A stretch of DNA of 55,077 nucleotides from an uncultured cyanobacterium (GTDB taxonomy: Bacteria; Cyanobacteriota; Cyanobacteriia; Leptolyngbyales; Leptolyngbyaceae): NCBI GenBank assembly GCA_963766075.1, contig CAVYAN010000038.1, forward strand, positions 1 to 55,077, in the 5' to 3' direction. Below are positions 27,785 to 38,166 of this stretch, piece after piece. Below the pieces are notes generated by a model. The model did not search any database. It saw only the letters and a list, made by a program, of their open reading frames with translations, and was not told the origin of the DNA. Position 1 is the stretch's first letter, and each line of letters starts with the position of its first letter. Position numbers and translations under genes: made by a program.

Positions 27785-28170
27785 ATGCTGGATTGGCAAC
27801 TGTTTCTGTCAGCGGAAAACTTTGCCGCAGCCTGGGCTAAAGTCCGATCAAACCATGGCTGTGCGGGCAGTGATGGTGAAACGATCGACCAATTTGATCG
27901 CCATGCGATCGCAATTTAGCCCAATTGCTGCGCTCGATTCAGCGGGGGACTTATCGACCCTTGCCGTTGCGATCGCTCTCCATTCCTAAAAAGGCCAAGC
28001 CCAAATCGGGGGAATTGCCCAAAACAGAATGGCGAGGGTTGGCAGTGCCGACTGTGCGCGATCGCATCGTCCAGCAAGCGTTGCTCAACCTATTGCATCC
28101 GATTTTGGAGCCACAGTTTGAGGAGTGCAGTTTTGCCTATCGTCCGGGGCGATCTTATAAGACTCTCTAG
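27785..28170 (+). pseudogene. N-terminal remnant of a group II intron-like / CRISPR-associated-type reverse transcriptase
   Basis: AWAKVRSNHGCAGSDGETI, TYRPLPLR, PTVRDRIVQQALLNLLHPILEPQFEECSFAYRPGRS; ends before the YxDD motif. Confidence 0.8.
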
Positions 28171-28303
28171 CCTTGAGGGCTTCTTTTAGGAGCATCTCGA
28201 CGACGAAGGTAAACGATCGCTGTTCTTTATCTGCGATCGCCTGAATGGCTTCTCTGACTTCATCCGGCAGATAAATACTGGTCTGGCGCTTTTGTGTAGT
28301 CAT
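28085..28303 (-). CDS. Arc/CopG ribbon-helix-helix protein (3' end runs into the RT remnant)
   Basis: TSIYLPDEVREAIQAIADKEQRSFTFVVEMLLKEAL. Confidence 0.75.
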   Translation of the reverse strand: MTTQKRQTSIYLPDEVREAIQAIADKEQRSFTFVVEMLLKEALKARESYKIAPDDRQNCTPQTVAPKSDAIG

Positions 28304-28456
28304 AGGAACCCTAAATCACTCCAGAGCAAGTTTAAGGGAGGTCTTGCGCAGGCAAGGTAATCTACTTTAGAGTAGAGCAAAGTAATTTGGATCGTATAGC
28401 TCGAAGGACAATATGCCCGGTTTGATTGTTAACTGCTCACAAGCGGCTGCAAACCT

Positions 28457-28837
28457 ATGCTCCATCCTGAAACTCTCACCTCTCAGATAGGTCGCCCCGT
28501 ATCACCGGGTGGCCCGCCTCAAATCTCCCTCGTGCTCCCAAAGTCTTTCCAAGTGGGTGATGAGCCGTCTACTGCGACCGATTTGCCAGAAACTTTCCCC
28601 CATGGTGAACCGCCACGATTTTTGGAGGGCGATCGCTTGCGGTGGATCGCTCAGGGTGAACCAACGGACTGGGGTGTGGCGATCGGCAGGTTCTACAGCT
28701 TCGCACCCCACCAGCGTTGTTGGACATGGTGTTACTTGATCTGGCTGGATGCTGACTCTCCCAGTGCGGCCTGGGTCAGGGCGGATATTGCCTGGGAAGA
28801 AGATCTCGAATCATTAGAAGTGGAGGCAATGCGATGA
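28457..28837 (+). CDS. Hypothetical protein of a cyanobacterial mobile-element family
   Basis: PRFLEGDRLRW...DWGVAIGRFYSFAPH...WCYLIWLD; stop overlaps the next start. Confidence 0.65.
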   Translation: MLHPETLTSQIGRPVSPGGPPQISLVLPKSFQVGDEPSTATDLPETFPHGEPPRFLEGDRLRWIAQGEPTDWGVAIGRFYSFAPHQRCWTWCYLIWLDADSPSAAWVRADIAWEEDLESLEVEAMR

Positions 28838-29145
28838 ATCCCCGTCCCCTCACCCCGCGCGAGCAAGACCTGATTGAACGCTATAGCTATTGTCAGCTTG
28901 GCATGACGCCGCAACGCTTCTATGCCAAGTGGCAGGTGAGCCAGGAAGTCATTGCGGCAATTTGCTCTCGGTCTGTGTCTACGGTGCACGGTTGGTTTCG
29001 CCAAGGCCGCAGCTATCGCCGTCCTACGGCCACGGATTTGCGGCATTTGGCGTTGATGGATTTGCTGCTGAATCAGGCGGAGCAAATTTCGCCTGACCTG
29101 TTGAATACGCTGTGTCCGCCCACGCCGGATGAGACACAAGACTAA
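28834..29145 (+). CDS. HTH DNA-binding protein
   Basis: FYAKWQVSQEVIAAICSRSVSTVHGWF. Confidence 0.7.
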   Translation: MNPRPLTPREQDLIERYSYCQLGMTPQRFYAKWQVSQEVIAAICSRSVSTVHGWFRQGRSYRRPTATDLRHLALMDLLLNQAEQISPDLLNTLCPPTPDETQD

Positions 29146-29264
29146 AACGCTCAAAAGTCAATACCAGCTTGAACTGTTTTACCTAGCCGCTTGCTCTGTA
29201 GGGTGGCTTTGGGGATGAGGTAGCGCCTGTCCTGACGATTCATCAACCGATGTGGCGGTGTTTT

Positions 29265-29507
29265 ATGACCTACTTCGACCAACTTCATCCCTGGTGCCTG
29301 ATGCGATTGTTGCCGAATCTGCAAAACCGAGTGATTGCGCGGTTTCGGCGGTGTAATGATGCAGAGGCCCATATGCGGGTGTTGAGGCAACAGGTTCCAA
29401 CGGCACGCTATGAGATTGTGTTTGATGTGGGGGGCGATTATCGCGCCGACAATTCGGCTTACAGCGGCTCGGTGACCTTTCCCCGGCGCTCTGGTAGGGG
29501 ATTGTGA
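29265..29507 (+). CDS. Small conserved cyanobacterial hypothetical protein
   Basis: QLHPWCLMRLLPNLQNRVIARFRRCNDAEAH. Confidence 0.55.
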   Translation: MTYFDQLHPWCLMRLLPNLQNRVIARFRRCNDAEAHMRVLRQQVPTARYEIVFDVGGDYRADNSAYSGSVTFPRRSGRGL

Positions 29508-29558
29508 ACCGCTGCTACTTTTTAAGCCGTTCTGGTAAAAATAATGGCGTCGCCCCAT

Positions 29559-29924
29559 TTACCCCGCCAGCAACTCGCCTTGATCGTGCAAGCGATCGCA
29601 CCACTGTTGGGCTAGCTGGGCAATGGTTTGCCGTTCCACCTCATTGCCCCAGACCTCCGACCAGCCGAGTTTCCACTGGCTGAGTAAGCGCTGGAGATCC
29701 ACCAGTTCCGTCGCAAATAGCAAATCCGTTTCCAAGTTCAGGCTCGGCACCGTCCACTCAATAAAAAACTGACTCTCTCTAACCAGGTGTTGGGCCACCA
29801 ACTCATCCGTGCCGCTCTGAGCTAGGGTTTGAATTCGGGTCAAATTTAAGGACAAACTCGCCAATTGAGCTGCTCGATTCGCTTGCAGATAGCGTGATTT
29901 CAGAATGTCCCAATTTATTGCCAT
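29559..29924 (-). CDS. Hypothetical protein, partner of the DUF5674 gene
   Basis: 121-aa ORF adjoining the upstream gene; ESQFFIEWT. Confidence 0.6.
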   Translation of the reverse strand: MAINWDILKSRYLQANRAAQLASLSLNLTRIQTLAQSGTDELVAQHLVRESQFFIEWTVPSLNLETDLLFATELVDLQRLLSQWKLGWSEVWGNEVERQTIAQLAQQWCDRLHDQGELLAG

Positions 29925-30255
29925 GGCACTTCACCGAGGAGAGTTTGCACAATTTGTCCCACTTCCGTAACCCTGGGTCTTGAATCTCCATCCAACGATT
30001 ATTGGCGCTGGGTCGGATGTTGATAATCGATTCATACCCCACAGTTTGCTTGAAGGGATACCAATCCGCCCCCCAGAGGTGGGCTTGATGGCTACCGTCT
30101 CTCAACAAAACTTGCTCACAGTCAGCATGAAGCTCACCACCGCCCGCTAAAATCCCCCGCTGGACATCGACCGCCAGCTTAATATAGATGCCTAAGGCTT
30201 CTAGCATCTGGTGCATTTGTTCAGGTGTCGCACGACTACGAATAATGTGAATCAT
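29925..30255 (-). CDS. DUF5674-like protein (3' end frameshifted)
   Basis: IKLAVDVQRGILAGGGELHADCEQVLL...WGADWYP...IINIRP. Confidence 0.7.
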
Positions 30256-30373
30256 CGATCGCACTCGGGAATGTCACCAGTGTACCAACTTACTCACCCT
30301 TCACGGCCACGATGGCCACCCATTGATCGTCACACCTCCAGCTGCCTATCCTTTCCCACGAGGAATTTCTGGT

Positions 30374-30871
30374 TCAGTTCCAGGTGTAGCGAAGCAGGCT
30401 AAAGTCCCTGATGGGATTGGCCATCACGCAAATTTGCCGCTGGGTGCCCCCAGTCCCCGATTGATTCTGGATGCCTTGCGTTTGGCCAAGCAATTGCAAC
30501 GCCTTCTGCACTGTTGATCTCGCATACTGAGTCATCGTAGCGACGGGAACTTGGCCCACATGAATCTGATGTTGCACGTAGGGACTCTGATGCAGAAAGC
30601 CCACCACGTCTTTTGCCGCATACCCGGATTTCAACGCTGCTAAGGCCACACCATCATCGAGCTTAATGGCAGCCCAATCATTGGGAGCAAAGCGTTGATA
30701 CAGCGTGGCGTAATCGACACTGGTCTCGCCAATCACCGCCCTGGCAAAGACCAGATAGGTTTGACGGGCTTCCTGACCAGCAGGCTTTTCGGGTTCTTTT
30801 GGGAGAAGGTCACGATCGGGAGAAGGGGAGGGTTTTAGGGTGAAGGAGGAATTTCTTTTGCTTTGGTTCAA
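30374..30871 (-). CDS. Plasmid-type hypothetical protein
   Basis: 165-aa ORF coupled to the upstream gene. Confidence 0.5.
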   Translation of the reverse strand: MNQSKRNSSFTLKPSPSPDRDLLPKEPEKPAGQEARQTYLVFARAVIGETSVDYATLYQRFAPNDWAAIKLDDGVALAALKSGYAAKDVVGFLHQSPYVQHQIHVGQVPVATMTQYARSTVQKALQLLGQTQGIQNQSGTGGTQRQICVMANPIRDFSLLRYTWN

Positions 30872-31407
30872 GCGGCGAGGTCAGTGAAGGAATCGTCATC
30901 CTCCAGCAGTAGGCCCAACTCACTCGCACCTGCCATCGTCACCCCTTGCCCAAATTGGAGAGTTGATGGGAGCAGTGTTGCGTGGGGAATTTCTCCAGAA
31001 ATGCCAGCCGGAAGGAAAGTGCCTGATCGCAGAGCCAGCGCGATCGCCAACCCATCCGCCAACACCGCCTCCAATCGCCCCAAACCATCCGAAGCCCCTG
31101 CCCCGGAATGGGCAGTCCTCGGAGACTCAATCTGGTAGCGACTACACAACGCCTCCATCTGCTTCGCCAAAACTTCCACAGAGTTGCGCACCACCTCCTG
31201 TAACTCCGCCTGGGACATCATGCCTCTATGCTCCTCCGCTAACGGACGATAGAAGGCTGAGATTGCATCGATCGCCTGCTGTCGCCCCTGGCGACTGGTG
31301 AAATGGGGATGATTGAGCAAGTAGTCCAGCACAATTCCTGCCGGAGCATCCCGTTGGGCGTTGTAGACCAGCTTCACCCGGTCTGAGCGGTCTTCGGTGT
31401 CAGTCAT
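30868..31407 (-). CDS. Plasmid-type hypothetical protein downstream of the ParM remnant (possible ParR-like adaptor)
   Basis: MTDTEDRSDRVKL...AIDAISAFYRPLA; start overlaps the stop of the ParM-like fragment. Confidence 0.5.
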   Translation of the reverse strand: MTDTEDRSDRVKLVYNAQRDAPAGIVLDYLLNHPHFTSRQGRQQAIDAISAFYRPLAEEHRGMMSQAELQEVVRNSVEVLAKQMEALCSRYQIESPRTAHSGAGASDGLGRLEAVLADGLAIALALRSGTFLPAGISGEIPHATLLPSTLQFGQGVTMAGASELGLLLEDDDSFTDLAA

Positions 31408-31680
31408 CAGGCAACTCCCTGGAGGCGGTTCACGTCTCCCAATAATGCCTGGAAGAGGCCAAAGCAGTTCACCATTCGCATCGGCATCGAAGGACATTCC
31501 TGGACCTCGGGCAGTTGATCTGCCACCCAAGTCTGCAACCGTTCTTGCATCCCCCAGGCCACAGTGCAGCGATCGCCAAAGCCCTTGCTCTCAAAGTACT
31601 GCTGCAACGCCGACCGCATTAAATAGGCCGCCCCACCCGCCAGGACGACTGCTCCTTTGCCTGTAGCTAGACTGGGAATC
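31407..31680 (-). pseudogene. C-terminal fragment of a ParM/StbA-like actin ATPase
   Basis: Extending the 31407-31619 ORF upstream gives GAVVLAGGAAYLMRSALQQYF, an actin-fold adenosine motif; no N-terminus. Confidence 0.5.
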
Positions 31681-31912
31681 AGATTGTCGTTGAAATAGGG
31701 GCCGAGAGCCGCCAGGTATTTGGTAGGGGAGAATCAAGCAATTGCCACGTGAGTGGATCAGATTGAGGAGCGTCTGGGTCAGAATTCGCAGAACTCATCA
31801 CAGCCGCCGTCGCAAGATGGATTCGGGAAAAAGGTGCGTCCAAAGCGGGAAAAAAGTGAGAGAAAACGGGGCGGATAGCCTGGACATGGTGGCTATCAAC
31901 CGAAATTATGGG

Positions 31913-32031
31913 ACGATCTCCCCGAGAACCCCGACAATCCAACTTTTTGCATCAGCGATCGCCCCTTGAACTCCAATATTCGCGCATTTTGCTCCAGCGA
32001 TCGCCCCGATAACCCCAACATTCCAACTTTT
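31913..32031. repeat. Three 42-bp direct repeats (iteron- or centromere-like), cut off by IS1
   Basis: Units start at 31913, 31955 and 31997 with (A/G)CGATC(T/G)CCCC...AAC.CC.A.A.TC...TTTT. Confidence 0.6.
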
Positions 32032-32784
32032 GGCGTTGCATAATAGGGGTATGAATTAGGGTGAATTAGCATGGAATGTCCTGAGTGCAACTCAACCCAT
32101 ATCCGTAAAAATGGAATCAAGAAAGGTAAACAAAATCACATTTGCGTCGATTGTGGTCGGCAATTTATTGATGTTTATGCCCCGCCCCGCGGCTACAGTG
32201 ACGCGATGAAACGGGAATGTCTCACGATGTATGTCAACGGCATGGGGTTTCGGGGGATCGAGCGGGTCAAAGGGGTGCATCATACCACCGTGATGACTTG
32301 GGTCAGACAAGTTGGCGAACGCCTGCCGAATGCTTACGCCCCTGACAAAATTCCTCAAGTGGGTGAATTGGATGAATTGGAAACCTTTATTGGTCAAAAA
32401 AACAAAATCTGGATCTGGACAGCCGTTGACCACTTCAGCCAAGGCATTTTAGGGTGGGTTTTAGGCGACCACAGCGCCGAAACGTTCCGGCCGTTATGGG
32501 CCATTGTGGCCACTTGGCAGTGCTATTTCTACGTCACGGATGGGTGGTCAGTCTATCCCGGCTTCATTCCGGACGGTGACCAAATTATTTGCAAGACCTA
32601 CATGACTCGCGTGGAAGGCGAAAATACGCGATTACGGCATGATCTAGCCCGCTTACATCGCAAGACCCTCTGTTATTCCAAGTCAGCAGAAATGCTGGCA
32701 CACTCGATTCGATTGTTACTTCACTACCTGAAATTTTGGGATGTCCCGGTTCCCGCTTGATTCATACCTTCATTCAGCAACGCC
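32032..32784 (+). mobile_element. IS1-family insertion sequence (753 bp)
   Basis: Terminal IRs GGCGTTGCATAATAGGGGTATGAAT / ATTCATACCTTCATTCAGCAACGCC; no target-site duplication. Confidence 0.9.
32071..32760 (+). CDS. IS1 transposase (InsA-InsB in one frame)
   Basis: CPEC...CVDC zinc ribbon, HTH, ELDELETF, TDGW, VEGENTRLRH. Confidence 0.92.
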   Translation: MECPECNSTHIRKNGIKKGKQNHICVDCGRQFIDVYAPPRGYSDAMKRECLTMYVNGMGFRGIERVKGVHHTTVMTWVRQVGERLPNAYAPDKIPQVGELDELETFIGQKNKIWIWTAVDHFSQGILGWVLGDHSAETFRPLWAIVATWQCYFYVTDGWSVYPGFIPDGDQIICKTYMTRVEGENTRLRHDLARLHRKTLCYSKSAEMLAHSIRLLLHYLKFWDVPVPA

Positions 32785-34204
32785 CCCCTACCACCCCCGC
32801 CAATTCCCCAGTGCCATCCAGACAATTAAAGCTGCTCTGGAAACCATTGGCATTTACCGGACCGTACTCATCCGTTCCAGTTGGTCGGAGGGGTTGCACC
32901 TTTATATTCCCTTGCCCGCCGCCGTCTCCACCTTTGGGCTAGCCTGTGCCCTCAAGCAATGCCTCGAAGCCCAGGGCTTGGCCGTCAGCCAGGGCAAACT
33001 CGAAATCTTTCCCAACTGCAAGACCTACGCCAAACCCGGCACCTTTATCGAATACAACGCCCATCGGCTCCCCCTCCAACCCGCCTCGGGCTCCTGTTTA
33101 TTAGATGACGACTATCATCCCATTAGCCAAGATCTAGGCCGCTTTTTTGAAGTCTGGGATATTGCCGCTGCGGGCCAAGATCTGGGGGAGCTGCGATCGG
33201 CGATCGCCACCGCTAGAACAAACCGCAAAGGCAAGACCCGCCGTACCAACATTGTCGAAGACTGGCAGCAAGACCTGTTAAGTGAGATGCAGGAAGGTTG
33301 GACCGCGCCAGGGCAGACTAACCCCCTACTCAAGACCATCGCCTGCTATGGCGTTGTCTTTGAAGAACTTCAGGGTGATGCTCTGGCCGCATATATCGAG
33401 CGCACGGCCAGTGGTTCCCCTGGTTATGCCCAGTGGTGCCGCCATCAGCACGAAATCACCCAGCGTGCGCAGGTCTGGGCCCGCGCAGCCGAAGGCTATT
33501 ACTGGCCCCTGGGTGACCTTCCCAAACGCACTAGCAAATTTGATCAGGAACCAGAACCGAACATCGTTTCGTTCAATGGTGTTCGTTCCGAAGAAGCCCA
33601 GCAGCGCATCAGAGCCGCTGTGAACCACCTAGAAACTCAAGGCACACTCCCCGCAATGGCAACGGCTAGGGCAAACGAGATAGCAAACCAAGGCGGTATT
33701 AGCCTAAAAACCCTCTATCGCCATCGGCAACTATGGCATCCCCTCCATTACCAGCCCCTCTCCCGCGATGCACAGCCCGAACTGAGTAAAATACCAAGCC
33801 CAGAAGCAGTTTCCACGATTATTACCCTCGATCTGGAGGATGCTCCCAAAACGCCAGAACCCAGTTATGGCAAGGAGTTTTACACCTTAGAAAAATATAT
33901 GAAGGGTGAGCGGCCTGAGCCTGGTTTTTTGTGCCAAATAGATATTCACTCTGATTCCGGATCCCCGCGCCGACCCGTTGACCAAAAGTGTCACAGTGAA
34001 AAGGTAATAAATCCTGTACAATCCTTGCTATTAGAATATTCTGAAAATGAAACTGTCACAGAAGATGGTTTTCCACAGCCGCTCCAATCCCTTTGGGACG
34101 CAGGCACTAACCGCCAGGACATAGAAGACTTGCTGCGACTGCGCAGCGATTGGAACTTTCAATGCAGCAACGACGCAGGAGTGCAGGATGGACGGCAAAC
34201 CTAA
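32785..34204 (+). pseudogene. Cyanobacterial plasmid replication (primase-polymerase-like) protein, N-terminus removed by IS1
   Basis: SSWSEGLHLYIP (AEP-like motif), LEIFPN, HRLPLQP, GWTAPGQTN, PGYAQWCRHQ; begins abruptly at the IS1 end. Confidence 0.6.
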
Positions 34205-34592
34205 CGCCCTATCCGGGTTTCAACCATCGCTTTTACCCACAGTCGAAGGCTGTTGGCTGACCAATGCCGCCGATGATGTGGTCCAGCAGATTCCCTTGAA
34301 CCTGTCCGATGACCCCAACTCCATCGCTCAGCCCCCAGAACAGGCGCACCCGCAGAAAGATCAACGACGACGGCGTTCGGCCAAGGGTAAAGCCAGCGGC
34401 TGGATTGAAGAACGTCAAGGCAACCGGAAGCGGGCCAAGCCCACGGTGTACTACGTCTATAAATGGGACGATGTTCACCGAGTCAGACATACGCGGTATA
34501 TTCCCGCTGGCAAGCTGTGGCGCGTACAGCAAATGGTAGAAGTAGAAGGACAGACCATCGCCCAGGTCTTAGAGTTTTTGGCAAGTGTGTGA
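34188..34592 (+). CDS. Hypothetical protein
   Basis: RRSAKGKASGWIEER...YYVYKW...RYIP. Confidence 0.55.
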   Translation: MDGKPNALSGFQPSLLPTVEGCWLTNAADDVVQQIPLNLSDDPNSIAQPPEQAHPQKDQRRRRSAKGKASGWIEERQGNRKRAKPTVYYVYKWDDVHRVRHTRYIPAGKLWRVQQMVEVEGQTIAQVLEFLASV

Positions 34593-34604
34593 GGCATTCC
34601 AGGG

Positions 34605-34838
34605 ATGAAACTAAAGACGTGCCCCGAGTGCGAAGGCAAAAGAGCGGTGTGGCTAGATCCACTCGATAGCTACTACAGCCGGGGTCAGCGTATCCCTTGC
34701 CCCACCTGTGAGGGGAGCGGTACCATCCCCGCAGAACTGACAAGCCACTGTTTGGCCTGTGGTGAGCCGATAGAGCTAGGGCAGACGTGGTGCGAGGCCC
34801 ACCAGGCAGCGGCGGCGATCGCGGATGGCGATTCTTGA
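34605..34838 (+). CDS. Small Cys-rich zinc-finger protein
   Basis: CPECEG, CPTCEGSG, CLACG, WCEAH. Confidence 0.55.
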   Translation: MKLKTCPECEGKRAVWLDPLDSYYSRGQRIPCPTCEGSGTIPAELTSHCLACGEPIELGQTWCEAHQAAAAIADGDS

Positions 34839-35059
34839 GCCTCATGACCTGCCGAATCTATAAACAGGCTAGAAGCTGTCAGACAGAAATCTAAAATCAC
34901 AGAGATTTAGTTCTATAGAAATTTCGATTCCAACTATTAGCGAAACTTCAATCTCACCCCCTAAAATCACTTTTCTGCTTTTCGGGCGTTCACACAGTCT
35001 TCACCGGAATTCTGGTAGGGACACGGAACCGCTGCGAAATTTAGGATTCCATAATATGG

Positions 35060-36209
35060 GCAAGTCATGTTGCTGGCCCAATTGACGGCGGCGGTAACGG
35101 AATCTAAAATGGCTCCATTCCAATAGTTTTCTAAAATCGCCCAACACCGCTCAATCGGATTATATTTGCTGTGGTATGGGGGATAGTAAATCAATCGAAT
35201 GCGCACCCCAATGGCTTGGGTTAATTCGACCATGCGTTTGATAAATTGCGTCCGGTCACTGCGGGTCGCTGATCCCCCATCGAGGTCAATGACCCACTCA
35301 TCGAGGTCTGGATAATCCGCTTGGTTGTGCTGCCACCAATCGGCCAGACAATCGACGATAAAATCACTGGTTTCCGCTGACTGGCCCATGTAAATCGCGA
35401 GTTGGTCAGTGCGGGTATTCAAAATGCCAAAGGGGACGAGGACGGCTTGCCATGCCATGTCATGGTCATCCGCTTGTTTGGGGTCAAGGGTGCGGGCTTT
35501 GCCGTCTCGGGAGAGGTTGCCAATCTTCACTTTGGCTTTGCTATCGATGGAAATGCGTAATGACTGGGGATTGTCATCGGCGACTTGATTCTCCCGAAAC
35601 ACATTCTCGAAAATGGCCTCGGTTTGCGGCAGTTTTTTCAAAGGTTGGGTTTTTTGAGTTTTTTTAGGCGATAGCCCAGATGATTAAGGATTTCCCCGAT
35701 GGTCTGACGCGTTGGCAGTTGGGTCTCGGCATAACCTTTCTCATGGATCAGCGCCATGCGCACCGCACGAGCACTGATCCGGGCATAGTAAAAGGTGGAT
35801 TGAAACTTGGGGTCAGCTTGGGCTTGACCATCCACTAGCGCCAGGATATCGGCGATTAAATTGGGCAATCTGGTCTCACACTTATGGGCCCCTCGGGCCT
35901 GATAGTTATCGACACACAGAATCCCCGTGCGCCGTTCGTGTAAGCCCAATTGAACCGTATGCCGATTCCAGCCGAAACTGGTTTCGGCACGACGGGCGGA
36001 GCCATCCAAGTAATCTTCAGTCACTTTGGCCATAAAGTCTCGTTTGCGATGTCCCGTCAGTTTCTGAGCCGCATCTTTAAAGGTTGATTTGACTGAATCG
36101 CTAAGTTGCATATCGCCAGTGCCAGTCCTCAGTAATCATTCCAGGGGTGATCCCTCCCTGGCTTTTCATTCTTGACTATACTGGGATTCTATTTATCCGC
36201 AAGTCCCTG
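35060..36209 (-). mobile_element. ISAzo13-family transposase element, two ORFs (36111-35638, 35641-), 3'-truncated
   Basis: QAQADPKFQS, GYRLKKL frameshift window, RISIDSKAKVKIG, YYPPYHSKYNPIERCW. Confidence 0.85.
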
Positions 36210-36228
36210 AGCGAGAAATTTTTAACCT

Positions 36229-36775
36229 ATGTCTGACCAGAATTCTGAAGTGGTGTACCAGATTCGCCCCGACGACCTGATGACCGAGTTGGGTATTAAG
36301 AAAGATACGTATTACAACTATCTGAAATATTTGGGGCTGAAGGCAGAGAAGGATCACGACGGTAAAGCCTACCTGACAGATGAGCAGGCTAATGCGATGC
36401 GGGCGATGCGGCTACACGTAGAAACCACTGGAAAGATGGAAGGGTTTGTTAATAGTAATGGGGAGTTGGCGATTGCTAACGAGGCTAGTTTGGCCGATGC
36501 AGCGCTCAGGCCCTGAAGCGGATCCGAGCGACAACTGGTATGAGGAAGAACTGATCCGGGCGGCGGCTGAGCTGCGTGCCCAGCAGTTGGTGATGGAGCC
36601 GTTGGTGGTCCGAGAGTTGGCCAGCCGAATGAGCTATGACGATTTGCCGGAGGATGTGCGGGCAAAGGTGGATATGGTGCGAGAAAGCGCCTCCCCAAAG
36701 TTCCACCCCCAGGCGATCGCCGACAGCATCCTCGACCAGTGGCGCAATCGCAACCAGCAGCCCGCCACGGCCTAG
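36229..36775 (+). CDS. Hypothetical HTH-like protein (frameshift near 36505)
   Basis: LMTELGIKKDTYYNYLKYLG continues in another frame as LIRAAAEL...SPKFHPQAIADSIL. Confidence 0.55.
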
Positions 36776-36820
36776 AAAGTCGCCCAGAGAGTCTACGAGT
36801 GCCGCGTCGATAGTCAGGAT

Positions 36821-37650
36821 GTGGCGGAAGCCTACGCTGTCCTCAAACAGGGGGACAGTGTGTTGGTGCTGGGAGAGGCGGGGTCTGGGATTGGTGAGAT
36901 CCCTCGGGCGATTTATGATCTCTGCGCTGGGGAGTTTGATGTGGCGATCGCCACCTATAAGGGCAGTGCCAAGCAGTTCTATCTGGAGATTGCCAAGGCG
37001 CTAGATACTCCCTATGAGCTGCCGGTGTATGACAAAGAGGGTGAACTGAAGGGCGCGAAGCCGATGACGGTGGACCAGTTGAAGGAGGAGATTCTGGACA
37101 ATGTGGGCGATCGCACATTGCTGATCCTTCCCGAAGCAAAGCGGCTCACCACAGCAGTCCGGTATTGGCTGGAGGATGTGCGGGCGGCGGGGGCAAAACT
37201 ATGTGCCTGTGCGCCTATTAACCCCATGCGGGATATTTTTCTAGAGATGATTGAGGTGGAGCTGACGTTGCCGGATGATGGGGTGATTCGGACGGCGATG
37301 GTGAATGAGGCGAAGGCCCTGGGCTATGAGTTGGGGCGATCGCAGTTGGCGGAGCTGCAACCGCTGGCGGGGCGGAATCCGATGTTGGCGCGGAAGGTGG
37401 TGCGGCGGGCAAAGTTGGGGCTGGCTCAAACCCCAGAACACACGCAGTATGTGGTGATGATGCCGGTGATTATTGCGATGTTGTTTGCGTTTGCGGTGGT
37501 GCGATTTGTGGGGATGGGCACCAATAACAAGACGCTGTATATCATTGGTGGGATTTGCATGATTGCGGCGATGGCGTTGAAGCAGTATAGCCCGATGGGC
37601 ATTCCAGAAAGGGGTATGTACGGGGGAGCCGGAAGCGGTTGGGGCAGTGA
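36821..37650 (+). CDS. P-loop ATPase with C-terminal TM helices; probable natural end YVRGSRKRLGQ* is out of frame after a short insert
   Basis: Degenerate Walker A VLVLGEAGSGIGE, AGRNPMLA, two TM segments; TGA at 37648-37650 in the shifted frame. Confidence 0.65.
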
Positions 37651-37658
37651 GGGTGCTG

Positions 37659-37958
37659 TTATTGCAGCCGCTGCTGCCATTTTTGGGGGGATTGGCGGCA
37701 GTCAAAGACGGCGTAGACGATGATTTCAGTGTCAGTGGCTTCGTAGATCACTGCATAGGGGAATCGCCGGATCACGGCTCGGCGATAGGTTTTGTAAATG
37801 ACTGGATAGGTTTTGGGATTGCGGACGAGGGCTTGGATGGAGGCATCCACAGCGGTGAGGAATTCCCGACCTAGCCCAATGCGTTTGCTTTCGTACCAAA
37901 AATAGCCGTTGTCTGAGTCGGCTTCCGCTTCGGGGGTGAAGGTGACGATCCTAGCCAT
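37659..37958 (-). CDS. ParE/RelE-family toxin (copy 1)
   Basis: WYESKRIGLGREFL...RRFPYAVIY...VYAVFDCRQSP. Confidence 0.88.
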   Translation of the reverse strand: MARIVTFTPEAEADSDNGYFWYESKRIGLGREFLTAVDASIQALVRNPKTYPVIYKTYRRAVIRRFPYAVIYEATDTEIIVYAVFDCRQSPQKWQQRLQ

Positions 37959-38166
37959 GACGCTCAATGATTCGGCGTTGTACGTCTTCCCAGGAGCGAC
38001 CGGAGCCGGGGTTGGCTTCATAGGCGGCTTTGCGGCGATCTAGTTCGGTCTTTTGCGCGTCGGTGAGAGGGATGTCGTTGGCATCGAGGCTGTCCCAGAG
38101 ATCTTGCACTAGTAGCAGGCGTTCGGAGGGGCTGAGGTTGAGCAGGGCGGCGTGTTCTGTGTTCAT
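37951..38166 (-). CDS. Addiction-module antitoxin, TIGR02574-like (copy 1)
   Basis: LSPSERLLLVQDLWDSL...ELDRR...SWEDV. Confidence 0.88.
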   Translation of the reverse strand: MNTEHAALLNLSPSERLLLVQDLWDSLDANDIPLTDAQKTELDRRKAAYEANPGSGRSWEDVQRRIIERHG

